NCBI GenBank assembly: GCA_951406725.2
Contig: OX597817.1
Span: 34,906,001 to 34,970,000 of the forward strand
Direction: 5' to 3'
DNA length: 64,000 nucleotides
From: Octopus vulgaris
Lineage: Eukaryota
A program made the position numbers and the translations under genes. Shown here piece by piece: positions 39,322-53,330 of the stretch. The notes beneath the pieces were generated by a model, which was not told the origin of the DNA, did no database searches, and was given only the letters and a program-made list of their open reading frames with translations. The first letter of the stretch is position 1. Every line of letters begins with the position of its first letter.

Positions 39322-41273
39322 GCTGCCGATTTGACACCTCAACAACACTTTAGTGAAGCTGTCAGCCTGAAACTGCGCAGGAATCAAATAATCGCTCTTA
39401 TTCCGTCACCGAAAACCTGGTCCGGTGCCAACTTTTAGAAGCAACCATAAGTACACTATGAATAATAAACTCAACAAACTAGAATCGATTATGTCCCTTC
39501 AAATATTTCGAATTTGTTTTTTTTTCTTCATAAATACACTTTAATGAATACTTTTTAAGTTTTCTTAGATATTTTCAATTAGTTTTTTAATATACTTCAT
39601 TCCAAGGAACATTATAAGATTTTATTGAATAGGATATAATAAAAAATATTTTTTTAAAAAACATGTAATTACAACAATAAATATCATTCTTGAGCATGTT
39701 TCTGAATTTCTAACATGTAGATGAAAAATAATCATACAATATTTTAATTTAAAAAAATTTTAATGTCCACCAATGATGCAATAATAATGCATCACAAACA
39801 AAGACACTAGTGTTCGATAATTATCTCCCTTGTGTTGCATGGCTTTTTCAAAATAAAATGTAAGAAAACCTAAATAATGGGCAGATAATCCAATACCTTT
39901 TATTGAATTACTTTTTATAATTTTTCTTTTATATTTTACACAAACAATATAATAAATATTTTTTATATAAAAAATATTATTACTTCACTTATTTTAATAA
40001 ACTTACTATTTTTGTTCATAAAATTATGAATTTAGGAAATAATTATGCATTATTTTCACTTTGACAATTATACGAACATAAATGCAAAATGTCTGTTTGT
40101 ATACAAGTACGAAATGTAATATATATAAACGAGTATTATATATCGATAAAAATCTTTATAACTAATTTACAATTCTCTATCAAAAAAGATAATAAATTTG
40201 GGGGGGTTTTTTTTGTTCAAAACTGAACTGAATCTCTCATTCGTGTATAAAATCATTAGCAATATGGCTATTACAAAACAATAATATTGAACAAAACAAT
40301 GTCATGATCTTACATTGATATCGTTGCATAATAAATTATAATCAATATATTTTTTAAATACTTTTCTTGATTGATAAGCATAATTTATAATGCTTTTACG
40401 CTATATTTAATCGAATAATTTGGCAAGTCCCGAAACTGAAATTAGCTTAACAAAGCCAAGTGATGTAAAACGTTGCATCCTGTTAATAAATCGAATTTTG
40501 TAATTACCGAGCTAGTTTTGAAGAATTACTGATATTATTTTGACCAGTTATTTAGAGTTATCGCTCTTATTCCAGGAAATCTATTTATAGATTTATGTTT
40601 ACATAGAATATTAATAATTCAAGTTATATTTCTTTAGGAGGAAATATCAGTCGACGAAATCACCCTGTAAACTTCTCGGATAAAAAAATATATAACATAG
40701 CAAAAACATTAACAACAGGGGTGGGGATTAAAGTTTTATTTCTGAAAATTAAAGAGATGACCATTAACAATGTATTAATAATTTTCCTATAAATGATAAC
40801 ACTTCATATTGGGCTAATGGATAGTGAAACCTTTTTACTTCAGGTAGTGATCTTCAAAACAACCACTCCACTTCCTAGAAAAACTTTTTAATTCCCACGA
40901 AATCTCCCTCAAATTAAAACCTGCAGCCTTTAAAACAGGAGTTCACAATGCATAATGTAATCATATGGAATTGATACTGTATGGCTATGGTCAGAATTCC
41001 TTTGGTCATAGATCAGATCTATCATAGATCAGATCTATCTTATTGTTAAACAACAATAACAACAACCTCAGTTTACTCAGCTGGAGAAAAATTACCGGGC
41101 TTTCTATTAAGTAATAGGTAAACATTCTAACTGGGGCATAGATATATCTCATGTATGTAAGGAAGTAGGAAGCATGCCACACACGATATCCTATGACAAG
41201 GATATTACTACGACTGTTCTTTCACTTTCCCTCCATCTCACTCACTCTCTCACTTCCTCTCTTTTTGTCACTC

Positions 41274-41311
<38 letters not shown>

Positions 41312-41533
41312 CATCTATCTATCTGTCACTTATTTGACTTACTTATCTTTACCCTAATTTCCTTTCATAACATTTTTACTACGTTACTTTTGACGCACCT
41401 TATCATTTAACTTTATCTTTTGATTGTAGATTGGCTCCATTTAATATAATTCCAATTTGTAGCTTTGAAATTAATGGACTTAGTCTTTTGGCGTTTACTA
41501 GATAAATCAATTTAAATCACTACTATATATTTG

Positions 41534-41572
<39 letters not shown>

Positions 41573-41595
41573 ATCACATATACATTACATAAGCT

Positions 41596-41652
<57 letters not shown>

Positions 41653-41729
41653 GCGTAGATAATATAGATAAACAAATATGTGTGTATCATCATCATTATC
41701 ATTTAATGTCTGTCTTCCATGCTGGTATG

Positions 41730-42280
41730 AGCTGGACCTATATAAGACCTATCAAAAGGAATTACAAACCCAGTGTAGGTTCAACAACTATCTAGCAATA
41801 GCATGGGCAGAAATTTTGGGTTGGTGTCTGGTATGTTGGAAGACCACAAGGAGTAGAGGAAGGTCATTCTGATATGCAGGGAATGACATTGGACATTTTA
41901 GGAACATTTTGCTTGCACTTGAGATCAAGGTGCTCTCACATTCCTGAGCCTGCAGCCCATATTGTAACTAAATATTTTGTGTTGGCTTGTCTCTAGATCA
42001 TGTCAATTGCTTGGAGAGGGTCTATGAGGTGTTGTGCAAGTCTTATTGAACCTAACATTTTCCGCAGGCATTGTTGACATTTTGCATGTGGAATGGTCAG
42101 CGATGGTCCTTGGTCACAAATGGATAGCAAAGATCAGAACTTAACTGCTGCTCTTGATGGTCCAAATTATATATGCAATCTATGTGGGTGTCTTTTCAAA
42201 ATATCGTCTGGTTTAAAAAGCCACATCAGATGCCTTGATGGTTCTAATGTGTAGGTACAGAAGGTGACAACCACCACACA
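41730..42280 (+). mobile_element. Degenerate LINE 3' fragment with C2H2-like finger
   Basis: YICNLCGCLFKISSGLKSHIRC near 42170-42235, preceded by an SRGRS..W-like RTE tail. Confidence 0.45.
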
Positions 42281-42810
42281 TATACAAATATGTATATTTA
42301 TATACATATATACAAGACACACAAATGAAAGAAAAGGTAGGGAAGGAATATTTCAGATGCATTAGATCAATACTTTAAAACAAGCTTAATGCAAAAAAAC
42401 AAGTTAATATGCATCAACACACTAGCTGTCCCAGTAATAAATTGCAATGTTGATATTTTCAATTGAAAACTAAACATATTAGATCAGCTAGCAGGGAAAC
42501 AGTGAGAATAATGAGAATAGACAGTCTACCCAAAATCTTGACATTGCAAAATTATATTCATCATTAATACAAGGTGGTAGGGCTCTTATGCAATTAGAAC
42601 ACTAGTGCAAAATATCCACTCTTGGACTACTAAAACATTTAGTACAGAATCATGACATGGTTAGACGTTACACAAGTATTGCATGAGGTACATTCAATAC
42701 AGTAAAAATGACTAAACCAAAACAAAACACTACACATACCCAAAGCACATTCAGCTAACTCAATAATGAAATGAGAACATACAATAGAAATAAGACAACT
42801 TAATAATTGA

Positions 42811-42849
<39 letters not shown>

Positions 42850-43319
42850 TAGATAGTAGAGAGAGTATGAACACAAGCCAGAGGGAGTAATGGAAAATGA
42901 ACATTACAAAATACTCTAGGATTTTAACATACAGTACATCCGAATCATAGAGGTGAGATGCAATATCAGGAGATTCAAGGATGAAATGTAAAAAATAACA
43001 AGATATTGAGAAATACCAGCCACTGCCAGACAAGATAGGAAACTTCTTGGGCATAAGGAAAGTAATGGTAATACCAGTGGTAATTGGAGCATTAGCAGCA
43101 GTTTCCAAGGGCTTTGAAAAACATATTAAGAATATTGGAGCTGCTGTCAGGCTCAAGGTGATCCAGAAGACAGCATTGTTGGGTAGAGCTCACATTTCAA
43201 GAACGCTGTTGTCTCTTTGAGTTACAGGAAAAGGCACTATTTGAAACCTTTGGTGATTTGTTATTACCTGCTTTTAAGTAAGGAATAACCAGTAATTAAG
43301 AACTATCCAAGAGGCTTTC

Positions 43320-43320
<1 letters not shown>
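42850..43320 (+). mobile_element. 5'-truncated R4/Dong-like fragment between (AAT)n tracts
   Basis: Encodes KIEKYQPL..KI...KVMVIPVVIGAL..IQKTALLG-like RLE tail. Similar fragments at about 44180-44690, 46145-46456 and 48024-48297. Confidence 0.7.
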
Positions 43321-43417
<97 letters not shown>

Positions 43418-43459
43418 AAGAAGAAGAAGAAGAAGAAGAAGAAGAAGAAGAAGAAGCAG
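43320..43459. repeat. Compound microsatellite (AAT)n(AAG)n
   Basis: Directly visible. Other long SSRs: (AG)n 3773-3811, (TC)(TA) 22268-22353, (AAT)n 47908-48020, (CAT)n 53760-53905. Confidence 0.95.
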
Positions 43460-44050
43460 CAGTACCAGGCAGTGGCTCTCATGGCTTCTGATCTTAACTG
43501 ATTGGAAGTGTTATCATGTACATTGTTTTGTCTTGGTATAAAACATGGGCTACAGCAAATATTCTGCTCAGAACCACAAATTTGCTTGTCAATTGTTTGA
43601 CCCTAACCATTTGCGCATGTCCCTTAATGGCTGATGATATGTGCATCTCTGATCACGAGCATCATACTCATGTGTTGAGAAGACTTCTTTGAGATTTGGA
43701 TAATTCACCTGTGGAAACATGGGTGTTTCATTCAACATCCTTTACAATCCTTTTTCAGGGACCTTTTGAGCGGGATGGACTACTTGACCTGAAGAAAATT
43801 CTAACTGGGCCCCACCTGCAAGGTCATGCACTGTTTATCTTGACATGAAATTACCATGTCGCACGCACATGGTTATGATGCATGTTCCTGGTGTACCCTT
43901 ATTAGACGGGTAGTCATGGTGGGTATACTGGGCTTTGTATACTTTACCCCAGTGTCACTTTGCTGGCATGCACTGCTCTCTCACTCAATGATGATGATAA
44001 TGGTGATGATGATGATGGTGATGGTGATGGTAATGGTGATGATGATGATC

Positions 44051-44081
<31 letters not shown>

Positions 44082-44082
44082 C

Positions 44083-44124
<42 letters not shown>

Positions 44125-45819
44125 TGTGGACAGCCTAGGTTAAAGGTAGTAACCCACTACTCACATAAATTCTACTGAGAATAAGACTGAACCTGAGGCA
44201 AACCAAAATAACAATGACATAGCAATTATAGATAAGGCAAAGCAAATGTGTTTCCTAATCAACCCACCATGCCAGTTTGATTCCAGAATCATAAAGAAAG
44301 AGGAAGAAATACAAACCCTTAGAATTTGAAATAGAAAGAATCTGGAGAATGTGAACAGTGAAGGCCATGCTTATAATAATTGGTGTATTGGGAACAGTAA
44401 GCAAAGGTATAGACAAATGGCTGAAGGAGATTGAAATAGAATGCTTGGTAAAATCCTACAGAAAGTTTATCTCTTAGGGACAGCAAAGATTATCAGGAAG
44501 GTTCTAAGCACTTGAAAGACTGCTGAAAATTTGTGGATACCTAGCCATTTGTCTATATCTTTGCTTACTGTTTCCAATGCACCAGTTATTATTGGCACAA
44601 CCTTTACTGTTCACATGCTCCAAATTCTTCCTATTTCAAATTTTAAGGGATTGTATTCCTTTTTGTTTTCCTTCCTCTTTCTTTATGATATGACCCACAT
44701 AAATTCTACCAGGAATAAGACTAAACCTGAGCCAAACCTTAATAATAATACTAATAACAACAACAATAATGAAGTAGTCATGATGATGTTGGTGATGAGG
44801 ATAATGATGACAAGACGATGATGATGACAATGATAATGAGGGTGTTAATATTAATAATGATGATGTTAAGAAGAAGAAGAAAATAAAGGAAGGTAATAAT
44901 GCGATAGGGATAGATGAGGTATGGAAAAAATTATTAAAGTAAAATAGAGGTGAAAGAAAATAAAAGTTAGTAAGTAAAATGTGGTACATACAAGTATGAG
45001 AGAGGAAATTGCTTAAGAATGTCTCATAGTGTTGTGACAATAGACAATGACAGGTGTTTGGAGATGAATGCTATGTGTAAACAGATGTTGACAAAATAGG
45101 TGTAAGTATGATATCAGTGCAAATGAAGATGGAATTGCTGCAGTAGCGTAAGGATTAATGAAAGATGCAGGGGAACAAAGAAGGTGGAAATGGGTTGGCA
45201 GCTGAGAGAATTAGGTAGATGGAGAGAAAGATTTATGAAGGAACAGTATGTGAAGAAAGGAGGTGGAATAGGGAGGACAGTGGAATAGTGTAGGTAATCA
45301 ATTGGTGTAATCAGAGAAGTCGAATTGTCTGTATGTCCTATGGATTCTTTGAATGCATGAGAGAGTCCTTTCAGTGATTCTGTTCAGAAGGATGTCAGAA
45401 GAAGAATATTTCCAAGCTTTCTTGTAGGTACAAGTTGCACATTTTTCTGCTCCCAGAATTGGATCTAGATCAAGAAAGGATTTGCCATTGGAGGTTGTAT
45501 GATGTGGATTTGCTTTTTTGATCATGGCTGTGGTCAGATAAAATGGTTTGATTAGATATATTAAAGTATCTAAAGGAGTAAGTGTGAGAATTGTACTGTA
45601 ACTTAAAAGGGTTGGCTGTCATATCAATGTGGGCTTTAGAAGAAAAGTTGGTGCTAACTATATACTTCTAAACAATATTATAAATGAAACTTATTAATAC
45701 TCAGACTTTTCACTTGGAGTTCTTTATTCAAAGTAGCCTGACCATCTTTCTATGAATTAGTAATACTCTGGTGTACTCAATGCTATCCTTCAGCAAGCAT
45801 GCTCACAAACTGCTTATAC

Positions 45820-46080
45820 ACTTTGATCACTCAAAAACTAGACATCTCAGCTAAGAATATTCCTATTCCTCTCTCCACCAAGAAAATATACCTCAAATGC
45901 TTAATGCAGAAGGCAGTTGATTTTATGAGAACACATATATTGAGGGCTCACTTCTTTGACCAAGCAAAATTTGAAAAATTTAACTCAAACATCCTACAAG
46001 AACCTACTTATAAACAAAAAGCTGATACCTTTTGTGAAGAACCTCCTTCAGTTTATCAAATATATCAGGTTAAGAGAATC
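45820..46080 (+). mobile_element. Penelope-like element ORF N-terminal remnant
   Basis: SAKNIPIP....YLKCLMQKAVDFM....RAHFF resembles the S-x-K-N-I-P-I-P...R-W-K-A-H-F-F start of PLE ORFs (from memory). Confidence 0.45.
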
Positions 46081-46090
46081 TAATCTTTCC

Positions 46091-46145
<55 letters not shown>

Positions 46146-46509
46146 TAATAAGAAAGAAAGAAAAGTCAAGAAATATAACAGGTTAGCTTGGGAAGTTAAG
46201 CAGTTGTGGTCGATGAAAAAGGTAGCAGTAGCACCAATAATTGTTGGAGCCCTGGGAACAGTGAGCAAAAATCTCGAGAAGAACATGGAACAAATAGGGG
46301 CTGCAATAAGGGTGGAGCACTTGCAGAAAACAGCACTGCTTGGAACCGCTTGAATACTCCGGAAGGTGCTCGAAAAATAAGAGGTGTTACCTTAGTTCAC
46401 TGCTAGTGAACAGCTGACACTGTAGTACATCTTCAGCATTAGAAGCTGTGCAAAGGCAACAACAACAACAATAATAATGATAATAATAGTAATAGTAAAA
46501 ATAATAATT

Positions 46510-47907
46510 TTGGACTCAAGAAGTGTGGAATAATCTACCTAAATAGAGACAAGGTACAGTCCCTTGCAGGGATAGCATTACCGAATAGAGACATGATTAA
46601 ACAAATTGAAACGGAAGGATACAAATACCTTGGTGTACTAGAGTTCAATGAGATAATGGAAAAGAAAATGAAAGAGCAACTGAGGATGAAGCATTTCCAA
46701 AGACTGAGGTTGGTGTTGCACTCAAAATTGACGGGATAGAATAAAACCCCAGCAGTTAATATGTGGGTGATAGCATCACTTTAGTATGGAGCAGGAATTA
46801 TAAAATGGCAAAAGAGAGAAGTGAAGAAAATGGATACCAAGACCAGAAAAATGTTGACAGTACACAGAGCCTTCTACCCAAAGAGTGACACTGATAGGCT
46901 GTACTTGTCCAGAAGAAAGGGTGGGAGAGGTTTGATGAGTTGCCAGGACTGTATCAAAGCAGAGGAAAACAGCTTAGGGTGGTATATAAAAAATGATGTG
47001 GAGCTTCTGTTGAAACACATGAAGAATGCCAGTGTCGTCAAAACTGAAAATTATGCAACAAAAGAAAATTTAAACAAGAAATGAACAAAAAAAAAAAAGA
47101 AAAAGCATGGGAGAAAAAAAATGTATGGTCAATTTTCCAGAGTGAACACCAAGACAAATGCAGAGGACTGATGGCTATGGATGAGGAGGAGTGACCTGAA
47201 GATAGAGATAGAAGCACTCATATGCACAGCTCAAGAACAAGCATTAAGGATCAGAAGTGCAGAATAGACAACACTACAGAAAGTAACAAATGCAGAATGT
47301 GTTGTGAGGGGGATGAAATGGTATGGCACATCATTAGCAAATGCCTGAAATTGGCACAACGCACTTACAAAAGATGCCATGACAATGTGGCAAGAATGAT
47401 CCATTGGGAGCTCTGTGGAAATCATGGCCTACAAAGAGTAAAGACATGGTATGAGAAAACTTCAGAAGGAGTCACTGAAAATGAGAATTGCAAAATCCTG
47501 TGGGATGCAATTATTCAATGTGACCAGATGTCAAAAACCAGACATTGTTGTGGTGAATAAAAAAGAAAGAACATGTGTGATAATCGACATAGCATGCCCT
47601 GGTGACAGAAGAAGAAAAAGTAAACAACTATAACAATTTGAAGTGGAATATACGAAGGTTGTGATCAATGAAGAGAGTAGATGTGATACCAATAGTAATT
47701 GGTGCACTTGGAAGCATCAGCACTCAACTACCAAGTGCAAGTGTGAAAGTAGAACACTTACAAAAATCAGCATTGCTTGGAACTGCAAGAATTCTTCACA
47801 GGGTTTTTGAAGCATGACCAGTAAACAAATGTCACCAAAGTCTGCTGACTGTGGACAGCTGACACTTTCCATCATACCCAGCAAAATAAGCTGTGAGTTT
47901 TCATCAC
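46510..47907 (+). mobile_element. R4/Dong-clade LINE remnant (RT C-terminus, CCHC finger, RLE endonuclease)
   Basis: YKYLGV, DRLYLSRRKGGRGL, CRMC..E...HIISKC..LAQ..YKRCHD, KPDIVVVNKK..CVIIDIACP; frameshifted; (AAT)n on both sides. Confidence 0.85.
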
Positions 47908-47982
<75 letters not shown>

Positions 47983-48584
47983 GTAATAATAATAATAATA
48001 ATAATAATAGTAATAACAATAATTAAGTACAAAGTAGCCCTGCTCGGGAAAATGAAAAAGATGAAGATAGTGCTAATTATTGTTGGGTCCTTGGGGAAAA
48101 TATCAGAAAGCATCAGGAGGAATATAAAGGAAATCAGAATAGAGTGCCCAGTACAAAAGGTTTGCCTCCTTGGCATGGCCAAAATAATCGGCAGATTATA
48201 GTTGAAAAGAGCAGATAGCATGACACTGTAGGTTGCAAGCAGCAAACCCACTATGCATGCAAGACTCCAGGAGTTACAACAAAACCTGAGGTAAAATGAA
48301 AAATAATAATGATAATAATAATGATAATCCTTTCTACTATAGGCACAAGGTCTGAAATTTTGGGAGAAGTGGCTAGTCAATTATATTGAAATCAGTATGC
48401 AACTGGTACTTATTTTATAGACCACCTCACAAAAGAGATGAATGGCAAAGGTGACTTCAGCAGAATTTGAACTCAGAAAATGAAAGCAGATGAGATGCCA
48501 CTAAGCATTTTGCTCAGCATGCTAACAATCCTGCCAGCTTGATGTCTTAATAACAATAACAACAACAACAACAACAACAACAAT

Positions 48585-48730
48585 AAACAAGAGCACCCAG
48601 AGAGTGCAAATCTCCACCAAGGCAACACCAGCATCCTCTCAACTATTAGCCGGAGATGATTTTTAAAATGAGAATATCTTAAATAAACTTGACTGCTCTC
48701 ACAAACGAGAATACTACAAATGAACCTGAC
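48585..48730 (-). mobile_element. Helentron/HINE-like terminus
   Basis: Minus strand CCTTGGTGGAGATTT-GCACTCTCTGGGTGC(hairpin)-TCTTGTTT. Confidence 0.35.
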
Positions 48731-48758
48731 TGGTTATGGCAGCAATATCATCATCATC

Positions 48759-48803
<45 letters not shown>

Positions 48804-49199
48804 TCATAATCTGCTATCTGAATGTTAATTGTTTACTGGAAATATTTACCATAAAATTATAACACTGTGTTGATGGTTTGATGATACTATGAGTTGCTTG
48901 AATAAGGCAGAAAAGGAATAGTTGGGAAAAGTTCTATGTGGTACAAATCCAGATGGGAAAAAGGAACTACACCAGATGATAATGAAAGTAAACTATTTAG
49001 AGAGTTTTGATGCTACTGCATAAATCTATTAAGACAAATAGCATGTTAACAGTCAGTCAGGTCATGTACAAAGATACTATAAACTTATGTAAGGTTATGA
49101 TTGCAAGTGATTTCAATAAAGAATTTAGTGTACAAAAGGTGTTTATCAGGGCTCTGTTTTTATTGCTCTACTATTTATTATAGATCTTGAGACAGTTAT

Positions 49200-51123
49200 C
49201 ATCATCATCATCGCTTAACATCCGCTTTCCATGTTAACATGGGTTTGACGATTTGACTGAGGACTGGCAAGCCAGATGGCTGCACCAGGCTCCAATCTGA
49301 TCTAGCAGAGCTTCTACAGCTGGATACCCTTCCTAACGTGAACCACTCTGAGAGTGTAGTGGGTGCTTTTATGTGCCACCAGCACAAGGGCCAGTCAGGC
49401 TGTACTGGCAACAGCCATGCTCAAATGGTATTTTTTACGTGCCACCTGCACAGGAGCCAGTCAAGCAGCAATGGCAATGACCTCCTCGAATACTTTTTCA
49501 TGTGCTACCAGCATTTTTACATGCCACTGGCATAGAAGCCAGTCAGCTGCTCTGGCAACAATCATGCTCAGATGGTACTCTTAGCGCTCCAATGGCATGG
49601 GTGCCAGTCATTGAATTTGATTCGATTTCGATTTGCCTCAACAGGTCTTCGCAAGCAGAGTTTAGTGTCCAATGAAGGAAAGATATGCATAAGTGGGCTG
49701 ATTACATCCCTGGCATAAGCCACAGGTTATGGTCTCACTTGGCTTGCTGGATCTTCTCACGCACTGCATATTACCAAAGGTCTTGGTCACTAGTCATTGC
49801 CTCAGTGAGGCCTAATGTTTGAAGGTCGTGCTTCACCACCTCATTCCAGGTCTTCCTGGGTCTACCTCTTCCACAGGTTCCCTCAACTGCTAGGATGTGG
49901 AACTTTTTCACACAGCTATCCTCATCCATTCTTGCCACATGACCATACCAGTGCAGTCGTCTCTCTTGCACACCACATCTGATGCTTCTTAGGTCCAACT
50001 TTTCTCTCAAGGTACCTACACTCTGTTGAGTATGCACACTGACATTACACATCCAGCAGAGCATACTGGCTTCATTCCTTGCGAGGTTATGCATGTCCTC
50101 AGTAGTCACTGCCCATGTTTCACTGCCATGTAGCATGTCTGTTCGTATGCATGCGTCATACAGTCTACCTTTTACTCTGAGAGAGAGGCCCTTTGTCACC
50201 AGCAGAAGTAAGAGCTCTCTGAACTTTGCCCAAGCTATTCTTATTCTTGCAGCTACACTTTCAACACAGACTCCCATGCTACTGACTTGGTTACCTAGGT
50301 AATGGAAGCTATCAACTACTTCTAGCTTTTCTTCCTGGAATGTGGCAGAAGTTGTTCTCTGCACATTTTCAGTGTTTATTGCTCCTGACCATCTGCCACA
50401 TACAAAAACTATCTTCCTAGTTAGCCTTCCTTTGATATTGATGCACCCCTTATGTGTCCATAGCTTACACTGGGTACATCTTATAGAGTTTCTACCTATG
50501 CCTTTTCTATAGATTGAGCAGGGCCATCTACCTGAAGGGATTTGTAGTTTGCCTGCCTTCCTACTTATTAGGACTTTGGTTTTAGCTAGGTTGACTCTAA
50601 GGCTCTTTGATTCTAATCCTTGCTTCTACACCTGAAACTTCTCTAGTTCTGATAGTGACTCAGCAATTAGAGCAAGGTCGTCAGCATAGAGGAGCTACCA
50701 GAGGCATCCTGTCTTGAATTCCCCCGTTATTGCCTGGAGGTCTATGATAAATAGGAGGGGGCTGAGTACTGAACCTTGGTGGATCCCTACTTCTACCTAG
50801 AATTCTTCATTGTATTCATTGCCAACCCTCACCTTACTGACAATATCCCTGTACATGGCTTGCACAGGTTTTACTAACCATTCATATATCCCAAGTTTCC
50901 TCATCGACCACCAGATAAGGGATTGGGGGACCCTGTCAAAGGTTTTCTCCGTGTCAACGAAAGCCAGGTACAGGGGCTTATCTTTGGCTAGGTATTTCTC
51001 CTGCAGCTGTCTTACCAGAAATATAGCATCAGTGGTGCTTTTCTCTGGCACAGACCCAAACTGCATCTTATCTAAACTGACACTCTCCCTAATTAGTTGG
51101 ACTATGACCCTCTCCGTGACCTT
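49200..51123 (-). mobile_element. RTE-clade LINE, 5'-truncated (RT, C-terminus, 3' UTR)
   Basis: QFG..PEKSTTDAIFLVRQLQEK..LAFVD.EK.FDRVP, YADD near 50678-50689, FHYLG, HGSETWA, GRGRPRKTW; (TGA)n tail; stops and frameshifts. Confidence 0.9.
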
Positions 51124-52500
51124 CATTTTATCTTTTTATATTTTATCTGTTTCAGTCATTAGACTGTGGCCAAGCTGGGGCACCATCTTGAATTTTTAGT
51201 TGAATGAATCAACCCCAATGCTTATTTTATTTTTAAAGCCTGGTACTTATTCTATTGATCTCTTTTGCCTAACTGCTATGTTACAGGGAATGTAAACACA
51301 TCAACAGTTGCCAAGCAATGCTGGTGGTGGGGGGACAAATACAGACACAAACACACACACATTTATGTACAATAGGCTTGTTTTTGCCTACCAAATCCAC
51401 TCACAAGGCCTTGGTCAGTCTGAAATAGCAAACATTTGCCCAAGGTACCACTCAGTGGGTTCTGAACCTGGAACCATATGGATGAAAATCAAGCTCCTAA
51501 CCACACAGCTATGCCTGTGTCTTCGGAAATTTTATATACTAGGTACTTAAAGATCATAGCCAACATGGTAAATGCAATTTGTAATAGGGAGTTCAAAATT
51601 GCAGTGACATTTGGAGAGAATTTAACAAATATATATGAAGGTAGTTGGTAAACACTAAATAGTGTATACTCAGTGGTGAGAAAAGGCCTACAAAAAGTTT
51701 TTGTGAGATCTTTGAGAGGCTGACAGATGTACCTTTGTAATAAGTTGTGGAAGCATACATGAAGTAATGTTTATAGATTCCTTAGCTTGATAGTTACTGA
51801 TACTTAGGTGCTGGAGACAGCTGCAGGGATAGTTTGGCAGCTGGAGTAAAGAAATCAAAAGGTAAAACGGGGAAGAAGTCTGGGTGGTTTTTACCATTGT
51901 TGATATCAAATGAAACTGTAAGCTAACAAGCTTGTTGTGTAGAAGAATGCATAAAATCTGAAATCTGGAGTATCAACTGAGTGAATAATGAGTTTTGAAT
52001 GTGTGTGTGTGTGTGTGTAAATTGTATGCGTGTTTATGTGATTTGCATGCCAAAAATGTGTGTGTATGTGTGTCTCTGTGTCTGTGTTTGTCTCCCACTA
52101 CTGCTTGACAACCAGTGTTGGTATGCTTACATCCCCATAACTTAGCAGTTTGACAAAAGAGACCAATATAATAATTACCAGGTTTAAAAAAATAATAAGT
52201 CCTGGGGGTTGATTCATTCGACTAAAAGATTCTTCAAGGTGGTGCCCCAGCATGGGCACAGTCTAATGAGTGAAACAAATAATATATACACATATGTATA
52301 TACTTTATTTAAAAGCAGCAGAAATATAACAAAATGGAACAGCTGTTCCATTTTAACAAAACTGTCCGACAAATGGGAATGTGAAACTCTGAGTAACAGC
52401 TTTTGTTATAGTTCTGCTACTTTTCAATAAAGCATATTACTCTACCTTTTATATTTAAGTACTCTTTTTTCCACCTTGTTTCACATTTATGTGCTTACTC

Positions 52501-52564
<64 letters not shown>

Positions 52565-53007
52565 ACAAAATAAGAAAATAGAGAAATACATCGAAATCAA
52601 ATATCAATTACCAGATAATACTCAATCACATATTTTATTAAACCACTACATAAGAAACTATAAGGTTAACCCTAATAATGCAGGGTAAAGCAGTGTACAT
52701 GAAGGAGTGTACATAAAATAGTAATGTTATACAATAAGTAGAATACATATAATAGAACATGGATATAAGTACACATAAGTCTATATTTATATTTATGTGT
52801 ACTTATATTTATGTTCTATTATACGTATTCTACTTATTGTATAACATTACTATTTTATGTACACTCCTTCATGTACACTGCTTTACCCTGCATTATTATG
52901 TTTAACCTTATAGTTTCTTATGTAGTGGTTTAATAAAGTATGTGATTGAGTATTATCTGGTAATTGATATTTGATTTCGATGTATTTCTCCATTTTCTTA
53001 TTTTGTA
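52565..53007. repeat. Long inverted repeat, about 215-bp arms
   Basis: ACAAAATAAGAAAAT...GTACACATAA and its reverse complement with about 13-nt spacer and few mismatches. Confidence 0.85.
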
Positions 53008-53330
53008 TTATGAATTTGTGGTAAAACATTTTACCTTTGCCCATATAATACAATAAATGAATTAATTGTATCGCAATTCTTAACATTTATGTATTAACTT
53101 TGTTGGGTACCTTACTAGCAGTATATTGGATATATGGTATCCCATGGTGGGTTGCATTTTACAACCCCTATCTCAATTTGCAACTATATATATATATATA
53201 ATATTAAATTAGAGATAAAACCACTATTAGGCAAATCATACAATGAAAAACTTAAGCCAATACATAAGATTATTTAATTTATATTATTTAAATATATAAC
53301 AAAATTATTAAAAAAATATAATTAATATAA

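Noticed and set aside
39440-40450. Possible head-to-head partner gene (PMS2 in human)
   Set aside because: Extremely AT-rich with no coding signal; nothing PMS2-like before BPTF.
45298-45525. Minus-strand ORF with CxxC
   Set aside because: May be a decayed PLE endonuclease linker, but too degenerate to call.
47717-48380. Poly-Leu/Ile/Asn ORFs (and the YI/HT/CV ORFs at 57848-58228 and 61208-61748)
   Set aside because: Microsatellite translations.
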